From positions 44,308-108,307 of the forward strand of contig CAYXSM010000009.1 of NCBI GenBank assembly GCA_964466705.1: a stretch of DNA of 64,000 nucleotides, written 5' to 3'. Shown in pieces: positions 47,937 through 57,010 of the stretch (within the stretch, counting starts at the first letter, position 1; the number at the start of each line of letters is the position of its first letter). The notes under the pieces are model-generated. The model searched no databases. It saw only the letters and a program-made list of their open reading frames with translations, and was not told where the DNA came from. Source of the stretch: an uncultured Rikenellaceae bacterium. Lineage in GTDB: Bacteria; Bacteroidota; Bacteroidia; Bacteroidales; VadinHA17. The position numbers and the translations under genes were made by a program.

Positions 47937-49262
47937 ATGAAAGATCAAAAGAATCTATGGTCAAGGCGCCGTTTCCTCGGTTCGGCAGCTGCAGGAATGG
48001 CAGGAATGGTTGTTGTTCCGCATATTATAACTTCCTGCAAAAGCGCACCTGATTCAGACATTAAGCTTGGATTTATAGGCCTGGGCCGCCAGGCTATGTT
48101 CCTTCTCAATGGTTTCATGCAGATCCCCGGTGTAGTGGCAGTTGCCGGATGTGATGTGTATGCCGTGAAACGTACCCGGTTTGAAAGAAGGGTGAACAGG
48201 TTTTATGCCGAAGCAGGGAAAAAGGTCAGGGTTGAAACATACGAAAGATTTCAGGATCTTCTGGCACGCCCGGATATTGACGCAGTAGTGATTGCGGTTC
48301 CTGATCATTACCATGCGATCATTGCGATTGCTGCCTGCAATGCAGGCAAGGATGTATACCTTGAAAAACCAATGACTCTGACCATTAAAGAGGGGCAGGA
48401 GCTGAAAAAAGCTGTCCGCAACAATAACCGAATACTTGGCATTGGGAGCCAGCAGCGTTCAGACCCGAATTTCCAGCATGCAGTCAATCTGGTCCGGACA
48501 GGGGCACTTGGTAAAATCAGTCTGGTAAATGCATACGTCGGAGCACCGCCTGTACCTTATGATCTTCCGGAGGAACCGATTCCTGAAGGTCTTAACTGGG
48601 ATTTATGGCTTGGCCCGCTACCCGGAGATATTCATTTCAACAATGAGCTCAATCCTCCTATTTCGCTTGATCCGGAGCAGGACGAGCAATTCTGGGGAGG
48701 ATGGCGCTGGTATAAGGAAATGGGCGGAGGTTTCACTACCGACTGGGGCGCTCACATGTTTGATATAGCCCAGTGGGGACTTGGGATGGACAATAGTGGT
48801 CCGGTCGAAATCTCACCCATCGGAGATGGAACAGAATTTATAACATTTAAATATGCAAACGGTGTCATCATGACCTCGGAGCCGTTTGACGAAAAGCTTA
48901 CCAAAGGTGTTAAATTCCTGGGTGACGCAGGGTGGATAGAGGTATCACGTGAGTCGTACAATGCTTCTGATCCCGGATTTCTCCCTCCGCCTTCAGCAGC
49001 GACTGATGAAGATATACCCTATGAAACAAAGATCCCTCATCAGGTTAATTTCATTGAAGCAGTGAAATCAAGGCAGGATCCCGTTGTGCCTGTGGAAATA
49101 GGGCACAGCAGCTGTACGGTTTGTACGCTTGGAAATATCGCCTGCGATCTGCTTCGGACAATTAACTGGGATCCGTTAACTGAAACTTTTATCGATGATG
49201 TTGACGGGGCAGCAACGAAAAAGTTGCACTATGAATATCGCAGTCCCTGGAAACTTGTGTAA
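47937..49262 (+). CDS. Gfo/Idh/MocA-family oxidoreductase with Tat signal and lipobox
   Basis: 441 aa. WSRRRFLGSAAAGMAGMVVVPHIITSC, the Rossmann LGFIGLGRQA and the EKP motif (VYLEKPM). Confidence 0.88.
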   Translation: MKDQKNLWSRRRFLGSAAAGMAGMVVVPHIITSCKSAPDSDIKLGFIGLGRQAMFLLNGFMQIPGVVAVAGCDVYAVKRTRFERRVNRFYAEAGKKVRVETYERFQDLLARPDIDAVVIAVPDHYHAIIAIAACNAGKDVYLEKPMTLTIKEGQELKKAVRNNNRILGIGSQQRSDPNFQHAVNLVRTGALGKISLVNAYVGAPPVPYDLPEEPIPEGLNWDLWLGPLPGDIHFNNELNPPISLDPEQDEQFWGGWRWYKEMGGGFTTDWGAHMFDIAQWGLGMDNSGPVEISPIGDGTEFITFKYANGVIMTSEPFDEKLTKGVKFLGDAGWIEVSRESYNASDPGFLPPPSAATDEDIPYETKIPHQVNFIEAVKSRQDPVVPVEIGHSSCTVCTLGNIACDLLRTINWDPLTETFIDDVDGAATKKLHYEYRSPWKLV

Positions 49263-49280
49263 TAATATTCTGAAAAACAA

Positions 49281-49314
49281 AAAAGGAGGCTCTGTATACA
49301 AAGCCTCCTTTTGA
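49281..49314. terminator. Bidirectional intrinsic terminator between the convergent Gfo-family and csp genes
   Basis: AAAAGGAGGCT-ctgtataca-AGCCTCCTTTT: an 11-bp stem flanked by an A-run and a T-run, so it can serve both strands. Confidence 0.75.
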
Positions 49315-49333
49315 TAATAAAACAGTTTCTGTT

Positions 49334-49531
49334 CTATTCTACACGTTTTACCTTGATGGCAACAGGGCCTTTTTCACGCATTTCAATCTCAAACTCAACT
49401 GCCTGGCCTGCCTCAAGTTCGGTGTGGGAAATCTCAAGACCGGACCTGTGAATGAAAATGTCTTTCTGATCCTCGGTCTGCAGAAATCCGTAACCTTTAA
49501 CTCTGTCATACCATTTAACAGTACCTTTCAT
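49334..49531 (-). CDS. Cold-shock protein (CspA family)
   Basis: 65 aa. GTVKWYDRVKGYGFL (RNP-1-like) and DIFIH (RNP-2-like). Confidence 0.92.
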   Translation of the reverse strand: MKGTVKWYDRVKGYGFLQTEDQKDIFIHRSGLEISHTELEAGQAVEFEIEMREKGPVAIKVKRVE

Positions 49532-49552
49532 GATTGTTGATTTAAGATTTTC

Positions 49553-49870
49553 CTACCTGTAATTGTCCCTTCTGTTGCCTCCACCCCTGCGGTCATGATC
49601 ACCACCTCTGAAATTGCCTCTGCGTTCAGTTCTTTCTATTGATTCGTTAACTATAATTTTCCTGCCCTGTATTTCTGAACCATTAAGTACTTCAATGGCT
49701 TTCTTTGCTTCGGCTTCGTCAGGCATCTCAACGAAACCAAATCCTTTACTTTTTCCTGAGTATTTGTCAAAAATGATCTTGGCGGATGTTACTTCACCAT
49801 ACTCTTCAAATAATTCTCTTAGTTCTGCTTCATTCATTTTAAAATGAAGGCTTCCACAATAAATGTTCAT
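49553..49870 (-). CDS. RRM-type RNA-binding protein with an Arg/Gly-rich tail
   Basis: 105 aa. RNP-2 IYCGSL, RNP-1 KGFGFVEM and an RGG-rich C-terminus. It sits 21 nt upstream of csp. Confidence 0.9.
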   Translation of the reverse strand: MNIYCGSLHFKMNEAELRELFEEYGEVTSAKIIFDKYSGKSKGFGFVEMPDEAEAKKAIEVLNGSEIQGRKIIVNESIERTERRGNFRGGDHDRRGGGNRRDNYR

Positions 49871-50166
49871 AATTCAGTTGTTAAAAAATATTAATACATT
49901 GACAAAGGTCATACTATTTTTTGAGAAGTAAAAATAAAACGGCATAATATATTGTATTTTAATAACTTTTTAGAAAAACCGGCCAAAATATTCCATATTT
50001 TAAAATTGAATCCTGTTTTTATGAATCCGTAACAGTTTATGGCATATCTTTACAAAAAATGTTCATGAACAGAATTGAAATTAAAAACCGCCGGACGCCT
50101 TACTCATTATTCACATCTGCCACATTGGCCGTTTGACCAGTCAGTATTTCTTTCAAAAACAGGCTC

Positions 50167-50182
50167 TGTGAATAATTTCACA
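50167..50182. promoter_or_regulatory. Perfect CRP/FNR-type palindrome TGTGA-N6-TCACA
   Basis: TGTGAATAATTTCACA (arms extend to CTGTGAA/TTCACAG) in the 441-bp intergenic region. It lies 130 nt upstream of the THX-like gene and about 300 nt upstream of the RRM-csp pair. Confidence 0.35.
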
Positions 50183-50257
50183 GACCGTGCGGTGCAAAAG
50201 GGGGGAAGTTCCGTGATTTGAAAGTCTTAAACTGAGTTTGTAAATAAAGAATATTAT

Positions 50258-50265
50258 TAACTTTG
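50258..50265 (+). promoter_or_regulatory. Candidate -7 box (TAACTTTG) for the THX-like gene
   Basis: Matches TAnnTTTG, 47 nt upstream of the ATG at 50312. Confidence 0.35.
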
Positions 50266-50311
50266 TCAGATCCGTGAAAAAGGATTATCAAAACAACCTA
50301 ATTTTATTGTT

Positions 50312-50767
50312 ATGGGAAAAGGTGATAAAAAGTCAAGAAGGGGAAAAATAATTCTTGGTACCTATGGTGTCAGACGTCTCAGAAAAAAATCCGGGAAGCC
50401 AAAGGTTAAACAACGGGTGGAATCATCAAAAGATAACGATCTCAGGGATAAAAAACTTAAAAAAGCAAAACAGAAGGCTGAAGAGCAGGCAGAAAAAACT
50501 ATAATAAGGGAAGAGAAAAAGGTTGTGGTGGCAGATGAAGCATCAGGACCATCAGAAGTCACCGCCGCTGCTGAGCAGAAAAAAACGGAAGCAAAACCTG
50601 CCAGGGCTGCAAAAAAGAAAAGGACAACAGAAAGCACGGGAACACCTGAAAAGGCATCGCGGACAAGGCTGAAGGAATCGCCTGTTGAGAAGAAGAAGCC
50701 GGGAACGAAGGATAAACAGGGTGAAAAACAAGAGGTAGTGCCTGAAGAGCATAAAAAGGTTAAGTAA
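50312..50767 (+). CDS. 30S ribosomal protein THX homolog with a 124-aa Lys/Glu/Ala-rich C-terminal extension
   Basis: The N-terminus MGKGDKKSRRGKIILGTYGVRRLRKK is near-identical in pattern to Thermus THX ([25 protein letters not shown], from memory). The rest is low-complexity charged sequence. The stop overlaps the convergent TPP-enzyme stop by 8 nt. Confidence 0.6.
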   Translation: MGKGDKKSRRGKIILGTYGVRRLRKKSGKPKVKQRVESSKDNDLRDKKLKKAKQKAEEQAEKTIIREEKKVVVADEASGPSEVTAAAEQKKTEAKPARAAKKKRTTESTGTPEKASRTRLKESPVEKKKPGTKDKQGEKQEVVPEEHKKVK

Positions 50768-52370
50768 GCTCGGGCGCTTCAGTTCTTTTTATCAGCCATT
50801 TGTAATCATCAGGTTCAATACGTGCATCAATAATGACAGGTTCCGACAAAGCGAATGATGTCCTTACGGCCTTTCGCAATTCATCTTCGCATCCTGCAGC
50901 AAGAACTCTTATTCCCAGGAACCTGTCCGATCCGAATAAATCACCAGAATAAAGAATTGTGCCGTATGGAGATTTATTCTGCCAGCTCTTTTTTAATCTT
51001 ATGAGGTTAAGTTCTCCGTCGCTTAATACTACGATTATTACAGGCAGGTTATATCTCCGTGCAGTTGCAATTTCTCCTGCTGTCATGAGGAAACCTCCGT
51101 CGCCGGTGATACAGACAACCGGTTTAAAGGGGTTTATCATGCAGGCTGCCAGAGCTGCCGGAATCCCGAAGCCCATCCCCGACCACCCGTTGGTCATCAG
51201 AATTTTCTGCCGTCCGGATGTATTCCAGAACTGGCCAATGAGGTGAAGGTGTGATCCCACATCAGCAGTGACGATTGTTTCCGGGGGAATCTCTTCCTGA
51301 AGAACCCTGAGAGCAGTGACGGGGCCGAAATGACCGGTAAATCCCTGGAAAACCCTGGTAACTTCCTCTCTGACTTTTGTGATTTCCTCAGGTATTGATA
51401 ACCGGGGAGGCCAGGCGGCTTTCCTGAGAACCGAGAACCATTCTTCGGGAGGGCCGATGAACTGTGCACTTTTAATATTTTCCGGTAAATCTGTCCATCT
51501 TGTGTTAAAATGCAACAGCGGAACATCAGGCATCCACGATTCGTAATTATACTCGACAGGATCGTAACCAAGTCCGATGATAAGATCGCATTTTTCGACA
51601 ATGTCGTCAAGATATTCGCTCAGTGCATGAAACAACACACCTGCGTAACACGGGTGATTTTCGGGAATAACTCCTTTAGCCATGGGAGTAAGAACTACAG
51701 GAATTTCTGCTTGTGTTAGAAATGTAATAAGCTTTTGTCCCGCAGAAAGACGGGCCAGTGTCAGACCTGCAGCTATAAGAGGCTTTTTTGTATTATTCAG
51801 TATATTAAAAATAATGTCAGTATCGTTGCTGACGATTTCTTCCTTTTTCTGTTTTGCAGCAGGCTGTATGGTCAATGCTTCCTGTGATGCAATGTCTGCC
51901 GGCAGACCGAGGTGAACAGGTCCGGGATACTCTTCGCGGCACTTTTTCAAAGCCATTTCAACCACCTCCGCGGTATGCTGAGGAGTTAGCCTGAAAGTAG
52001 CTTTTGTTATCGGCTTGAAAAGTTCCTGATGATTTATGTTCATCTGGGTGGTCCTGTTTATCATTGCCGAATCCGTTTCGCACGTCAGGACAACGACAGG
52101 CAATCTGTCAAGCAGGGCGACGCCACAACCGGTCGTTATGTTTGTGGCACCCGGACCTGTAGTAGCATGGCAGACACCGGTGACTCCGGTCAGTCTTGCC
52201 GTAACCCCGGCCATTATTCCGGCAGAGGCTTCGTGTGAGGTAAGTACAAACTCAATTCCTGCAGCCCTGAATGCTTCAATATACGGGATAGATGATCCTC
52301 CGGGGACCCCGAAGATGTATCTGACACCTGATCTGAAAAGAGCGCTGGCAATATATTCAGCAACAACCAT
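50760..52370 (-). CDS. Thiamine pyrophosphate-binding protein (acetolactate synthase large-subunit-like)
   Basis: 536 aa. IFGVPGGSSIPY, HEASAGIMA and the TPP-binding motif GDGGFLMTAGE...NN-like. Confidence 0.85.
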   Translation of the reverse strand: MVVAEYIASALFRSGVRYIFGVPGGSSIPYIEAFRAAGIEFVLTSHEASAGIMAGVTARLTGVTGVCHATTGPGATNITTGCGVALLDRLPVVVLTCETDSAMINRTTQMNINHQELFKPITKATFRLTPQHTAEVVEMALKKCREEYPGPVHLGLPADIASQEALTIQPAAKQKKEEIVSNDTDIIFNILNNTKKPLIAAGLTLARLSAGQKLITFLTQAEIPVVLTPMAKGVIPENHPCYAGVLFHALSEYLDDIVEKCDLIIGLGYDPVEYNYESWMPDVPLLHFNTRWTDLPENIKSAQFIGPPEEWFSVLRKAAWPPRLSIPEEITKVREEVTRVFQGFTGHFGPVTALRVLQEEIPPETIVTADVGSHLHLIGQFWNTSGRQKILMTNGWSGMGFGIPAALAACMINPFKPVVCITGDGGFLMTAGEIATARRYNLPVIIVVLSDGELNLIRLKKSWQNKSPYGTILYSGDLFGSDRFLGIRVLAAGCEDELRKAVRTSFALSEPVIIDARIEPDDYKWLIKRTEAPELT

Positions 52371-52390
52371 TATCTATATTTTCATCCTGA

Positions 52391-52398
52391 CAAATCTA
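52391..52398 (-). promoter_or_regulatory. Candidate -7 box (TAGATTTG on minus strand) for the TPP-enzyme gene
   Basis: CAAATCTA on the plus strand, 21 nt upstream of the ATG at 52370, which implies a very short leader. Confidence 0.3.
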
Positions 52399-52645
52399 TT
52401 AAATTATATCAATCTGGCAGTCAGGAATCACCGATTACTTATCATACCTGTTCTGTAGAAAGATATTTATAGGATTAACCAAAAACTTAATACCTAATGC
52501 CATTACTTAATGAAGAAAAAATTTTTGATATTTGCGGCCAGATAACTTTATTATTCAAAAACCAGGAGAAGCGCAAACTTCACTGCAATAATAGCATGTT
52601 TGTTATGGTCAACACCATATGCAGAAATAAAACTCGGGCTGGAAT

Positions 52646-52780
52646 ATGAAACCCCGTTGCAATTATGCCGGCATACGGTTCATGATGTCAGGACTGATAA
52701 TTATTTCTGCTTCGCTCCTGATTTTCTATCATAACGGCGGAAAAAAGACTCAGGAAATACTTAAAAATTTGAAAAGATGA
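52646..52780 (+). CDS. Candidate small membrane protein (44 aa), below the ORF-track size cut-off
   Basis: MKPRCNYAGIRFMMSGLIIISASLLIFYHNGGKKTQEILKNLKR has one hydrophobic helix. Its TGA overlaps the ATG of the LTA-synthase-like gene (ATGA at 52777-52780). There is no homology evidence. Confidence 0.25.
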   Translation: MKPRCNYAGIRFMMSGLIIISASLLIFYHNGGKKTQEILKNLKR

Positions 52781-54612
52781 GAAACAGATTAAAAGCGATC
52801 CTGATATATGCACTTTTCTGGCTGGTTTTTTTCTTTTTTGCCAGGCTTTTTTTTATTCTTACACATCACTCTGAAGCTTTTCAGTCTGGTTTTCCAACAC
52901 TTGCCGCATCGTTCTGTCACGGGCTTAAGCTGGATATATCGGCTGCAGCTTATCTTCTGGTGCTGCCCGTGCTGTTTATGATTCCGGCATTATGGATCAG
53001 AGGTCCCTGGTTCGGAAAAGCAGTGAAATGGTATACTTGTATTTTTATCTTCGTTGCTTCATCCATTACAGTTGCTGATACCATACTGTATAAGTACTGG
53101 GGATTCAGAATGGATTACACACCTCTTCTTTATCTCAGGACACCTCAGGAAGCAGCAGCTTCAGTGACTACCATCCGGTTGATGATCATGATTATTTCTG
53201 TTATACTTATTGCAGTTTTATTTATTTTTATTTACAGCAGGCTGGCAGACAAATTCTTCAGAGGATTTGAGAAGGTCAGACACAGATTGCCGCTTGCACT
53301 CCTGTTTCTGATTATTTGGGGATCCCTCATCATACCCATCCGGGGAGGTATTGGTATCGCGCCGATAAATGCCGGAACGGTTTATTTCGGCAACGATATG
53401 TTTGCCAACCATGCTGCCGTAAATGTTTTCTGGAATGTCGGCAGCTCTGCTTTCAACCACAGGCCTGTATCCAACCTGTATGAATACTGCGATCATGAGG
53501 AAGCCAGGTTAATAACAGATTCCCTGACGCTTGGAAAAGGTGTTTCGCGGAAGGTACTGAATAATTTAAGGCCAAATATTTTACTTATAGTACTTGAAAG
53601 TTTTGGAAATACACTTATAGGACCACTGGGCGGAGACTCACTCACGACACCTAGTCTGAACAGATATGCAGAAGAAGGCATCCTGTTTACTAATTTCTAC
53701 GCCTCAGGCAACCGTACCGATAAGGCACTCCCGGCAATCCTGAGCGGATATCCGTCGCAGCCTGCCGTTTCGATAATCAAGGAGCCCAGAAAGACCCAGT
53801 CGCTTAAATCCATCACAAATACCCTTAACTCCCTTAACTACAAAAGTTCTTTCTGGTATGGCGGAGATATCAATTTCGCGAATTTCAAATCTTACATAAT
53901 CGCATCAGGTTTTGACCAGATTGTAACCATGGAAGATTTTGATCCTGAACATTACAATTCGAAATGGGGAGTGCATGATCATATATTGTTCAATGCATTG
54001 AAAGAATCGATGAAAGACATTAATGAACCCTTTTTCAGGACAGTTCTCACACTTTCGAGCCACGAACCCTTTGAAGTGCCCATGGAGCCGGTATTTGAGG
54101 GCAGGGATGACCTGACACGTTTCAAAAATTCGGTTTATTACACCGACCGGATACTGGGTGAGTTCCTAGACTGGGCAAAAGGAGAATACTGGTGGAATAA
54201 TACTTTGATTATCCTTGTTGCTGATCACTGCCGCAGAAATTCACCTGAGGTTCTTGTATACTCGGAGGAGATATTCAGGATACCGATGTTGTGGACCGGA
54301 GGTGCCGTAAACGAAAGAGGCGTCAGGATCAGTAAGTACGGAAGCCAGGTTGACATGGCTCTTACACTTTGTAACCAGATGGGCATTGAATGTGATTATT
54401 ATTTTGCCAAGGATATGCTTTCAGATGAATCGAACTCATTTGCTTTCTATACTTTTAATGAAGGTTTTGCTTTTATAACGGATACATCCGCGATAATATA
54501 TGATCATAAGCTAGGAAAACCGGTCTATTCTGCGGGAAGCAATCCGGAGCTTACAGAAAAAACAGGAAAGGCATACCTTCAGATCCTTTTTGATGATTAT
54601 CTGAAAAGATAA
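52777..54612 (+). CDS. LTA synthase / phosphoglycerol-transferase family protein (sulfatase-fold, alkaline phosphatase superfamily)
   Basis: 611 aa. Five N-terminal TM helices precede an extracytoplasmic sulfatase-like domain (LIVLESFG, NFYASGNRTDKALPA, SSHEPF, ILVADH). Confidence 0.85.
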   Translation: MRNRLKAILIYALFWLVFFFFARLFFILTHHSEAFQSGFPTLAASFCHGLKLDISAAAYLLVLPVLFMIPALWIRGPWFGKAVKWYTCIFIFVASSITVADTILYKYWGFRMDYTPLLYLRTPQEAAASVTTIRLMIMIISVILIAVLFIFIYSRLADKFFRGFEKVRHRLPLALLFLIIWGSLIIPIRGGIGIAPINAGTVYFGNDMFANHAAVNVFWNVGSSAFNHRPVSNLYEYCDHEEARLITDSLTLGKGVSRKVLNNLRPNILLIVLESFGNTLIGPLGGDSLTTPSLNRYAEEGILFTNFYASGNRTDKALPAILSGYPSQPAVSIIKEPRKTQSLKSITNTLNSLNYKSSFWYGGDINFANFKSYIIASGFDQIVTMEDFDPEHYNSKWGVHDHILFNALKESMKDINEPFFRTVLTLSSHEPFEVPMEPVFEGRDDLTRFKNSVYYTDRILGEFLDWAKGEYWWNNTLIILVADHCRRNSPEVLVYSEEIFRIPMLWTGGAVNERGVRISKYGSQVDMALTLCNQMGIECDYYFAKDMLSDESNSFAFYTFNEGFAFITDTSAIIYDHKLGKPVYSAGSNPELTEKTGKAYLQILFDDYLKR

Positions 54613-54742
54613 CATTGGCATTAAACTATTACGTAATCAGGGATTTCTCATACTGAAGCAGTAAATCGCCTCAAAAATACAAACCCGCCTCAAAGCATTT
54701 ATCAGACTGGATTTTAATCATTAATTTGACTAAATTTGATCA

Positions 54743-56041
54743 ATGGAACTCAGGCCGGTAAAGATATATTCACAGGGCAGCGCAGCCCGTCTAAATTACA
54801 TGGCAGAAGTAATTCTTCATGATATCCTTGGTCTTTCATATGAAATAATCACTGACAGACGCAGGATCGGTAAAAACCCGGCAATCAACTATTCGTCAGG
54901 TAAAGTTCCTGGTGCTCTCAAGATGAGCCCTGATTCACTTTTATTCGAAGATGACATAAAACCGCGTAATCTGATTGTTGAAGATTGGGATGGCCTTCCG
55001 GGATTTTTCCCTACTAGCCCCGATTCAGATTTTCCTTTCGATATCTTTGCTTCGTCCTTTTATCTGATAACCCGGTATGAAGAATACCCCGAATATGGTA
55101 AATGCGACGAATCTGGTTGTTTTATTGCACCATCTTCACTGGCTTACCGTAAGGGTTTTCTGAATATTCCCGTTATCGAGCTCTGGGCGAAAAGATTTGC
55201 CAGGGCAATGGCCGGTATGTTCTATGGAATGGCCTTTAAAGCAGGCAATTATAAATCAATGATGATCTTTTGCACAGGTAATCCGTTTTCCGTACATGGT
55301 AAAAACCTTCTTGGCAATATTACATATCTGCTGAAAGAAATAACAGGTGCAAAAGAACAGCATAAAGATTCTGACAGGGATAAGGATGATGCATCTATGT
55401 TCTTTGTTTATCTTAAAAATAGTTTGTCTGCATTCTCGTCTGAAGCAAAAATGTTTTTCTCAGCAGCAGACTCCTTCCATGGTGAAAGTCATCATCAATG
55501 GAGAAATTCTGATTACAGGGCACTTATCAGAAGCACCTCCTTAAAACATGATGCCGGAATATATCTTACGGGTGATTCTGCAACTTCATTAAAATCGGTC
55601 AGGAAGGAAATTCTAAGGCTCGCACCGCTCATAAGTCAGGATATCCTTAAAAGTTGTACTGATCCCTCAGCCCTTGTCATACCGGAATCCTGCAGGGTTC
55701 TTTGTGACGCAGGAATAAAGGAAGATTATTCCATGGGTTATCCGGAGGACCCGGGCTTCAGAGCCGGCATATCAAGGCCATTCAGATTCTTTGATCTCAG
55801 GAACAACAGGGTAACAGGGTTGCTCATCATACCTTATCAAATGACAGACATCGCGCTGGCAAAATATAATAGAACAAATATCGGGGCATTCAGGAAAATT
55901 GTTGAAGGGATGATAAATGTAACCAGAGAGTCAGGAGGCCATTTTGTAAGCCTGTGGCACGAAACTTCTTTAACGGATGCCTGCGATGACGGGGAATGGA
56001 AGGAAATCTTTGAATTCGTACTTGACAGACAGGCTTGGTGA
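54743..56041 (+). CDS. Hypothetical protein, possibly polysaccharide-deacetylase-like
   Basis: 432 aa clean ORF. I only vaguely recognise the N-terminal pattern (SARLNYMAEVILHDILGL) from Bacteroidota proteins annotated as polysaccharide deacetylase family. Confidence 0.4.
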   Translation: MELRPVKIYSQGSAARLNYMAEVILHDILGLSYEIITDRRRIGKNPAINYSSGKVPGALKMSPDSLLFEDDIKPRNLIVEDWDGLPGFFPTSPDSDFPFDIFASSFYLITRYEEYPEYGKCDESGCFIAPSSLAYRKGFLNIPVIELWAKRFARAMAGMFYGMAFKAGNYKSMMIFCTGNPFSVHGKNLLGNITYLLKEITGAKEQHKDSDRDKDDASMFFVYLKNSLSAFSSEAKMFFSAADSFHGESHHQWRNSDYRALIRSTSLKHDAGIYLTGDSATSLKSVRKEILRLAPLISQDILKSCTDPSALVIPESCRVLCDAGIKEDYSMGYPEDPGFRAGISRPFRFFDLRNNRVTGLLIIPYQMTDIALAKYNRTNIGAFRKIVEGMINVTRESGGHFVSLWHETSLTDACDDGEWKEIFEFVLDRQAW

Positions 56042-56061
56042 AATTGTGATGCCATGAACAT

Positions 56062-56778
56062 TCAGAGAGACTCCAGCTCGATCTCTTCATCATTATTTAC
56101 CTCGGTTAGTTTTCCATTATCGCACCTGACGGTTCTTGACGGGTACTTTTTAAGGATGGTGTGGTTATGTGTGGCCACCATGACAGCCCGCCCTGATGTG
56201 CTTATATCCTTGAGCAGTTTGATAATGCCTTCCGAAGTTTCAGGATCAAGATTGCCCGTTGGTTCATCTGCAAGTATTATTTCAGGATCGTTCAGGAGTG
56301 CCCGTCCGATAACAACGCGCTGCTGCTCGCCTCCTGAAAGCTGGTGGGGAAGCTTATAGCCTTTCAGATTAAGTCCTACCTTATCAAGAACATCCTTTAT
56401 TTTCATTTCAATGTCTTTTTTGTTCTTCCAACCGGTAGCCCTTAGAACAAATTCAAGATTTTCATTGACAGGTCTGTCTGTCAGCAGCTGAAAATCCTGA
56501 AATACAATTCCGATCTTTCTCCTCAGATACGGAATATCGCGGGATTTGATTGAGGAAAGGTCATATCCTGCAACTTTGCCGGTGCCCTCTTTTAACGGAA
56601 GCTGTGCATTGAGCGTTTTGATCAGGCTGGTTTTACCACTGCCAACCTTGCCGACAATGTACAGGAATTCACTCCTGTCGACAGTCAGGTTTACATTGGT
56701 AAGCACGAGGTGGTCCTGTTGCCAGATATCACAGTTCTTAAGCTCAATTATTTTGTCGGAAATGTTGTTATCAGACAT
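56062..56778 (-). CDS. ftsE: FtsE-like ABC transporter ATP-binding protein
   Basis: 238 aa. Walker [10 protein letters not shown], signature LSGGEQQR and Walker [12 protein letters not shown]. Size and pattern fit Bacteroidota FtsE. No ftsX is adjacent. Confidence 0.8.
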   Translation of the reverse strand: MSDNNISDKIIELKNCDIWQQDHLVLTNVNLTVDRSEFLYIVGKVGSGKTSLIKTLNAQLPLKEGTGKVAGYDLSSIKSRDIPYLRRKIGIVFQDFQLLTDRPVNENLEFVLRATGWKNKKDIEMKIKDVLDKVGLNLKGYKLPHQLSGGEQQRVVIGRALLNDPEIILADEPTGNLDPETSEGIIKLLKDISTSGRAVMVATHNHTILKKYPSRTVRCDNGKLTEVNNDEEIELESL

Positions 56779-57010
56779 GACGATAGTGTTTGAGCTGCAA
56801 ATTAATGAAAGAAATGATAATTAACATTTGGATGTTGATAAAATGCGTAATAAAGGCCGGCAGCCCCCCGTTTAATAATTGTAATTTTACCCTTTGATAC
56901 AAGAAATAAAAGTAATCGGATATTGTTAATTATTAATCTGTTATGAATACAGGTATGTTTCTTGTGAATTTCAGTTGCAGAGAATCCGATACCTAATAAA
57001 CATATTAGTT

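Noticed and set aside
50362-50752. Antisense ORFs (91 and 66 aa) opposite the THX tail
   Set aside because: They are low-complexity mirror images of the charged repeat region, with no independent support.
50760-50767. 8-nt overlap of the convergent stops of the THX-like and TPP-enzyme genes
   Set aside because: Short convergent 3' overlaps are common. It is noted only as context for the THX-tail finding.
54731-54738. TAAATTTG match to the -7 promoter consensus
   Set aside because: It lies only 5 nt upstream of the annotated ATG at 54743, so it cannot serve that start. It would only make sense if the true start were a downstream Met, for which I have no evidence.
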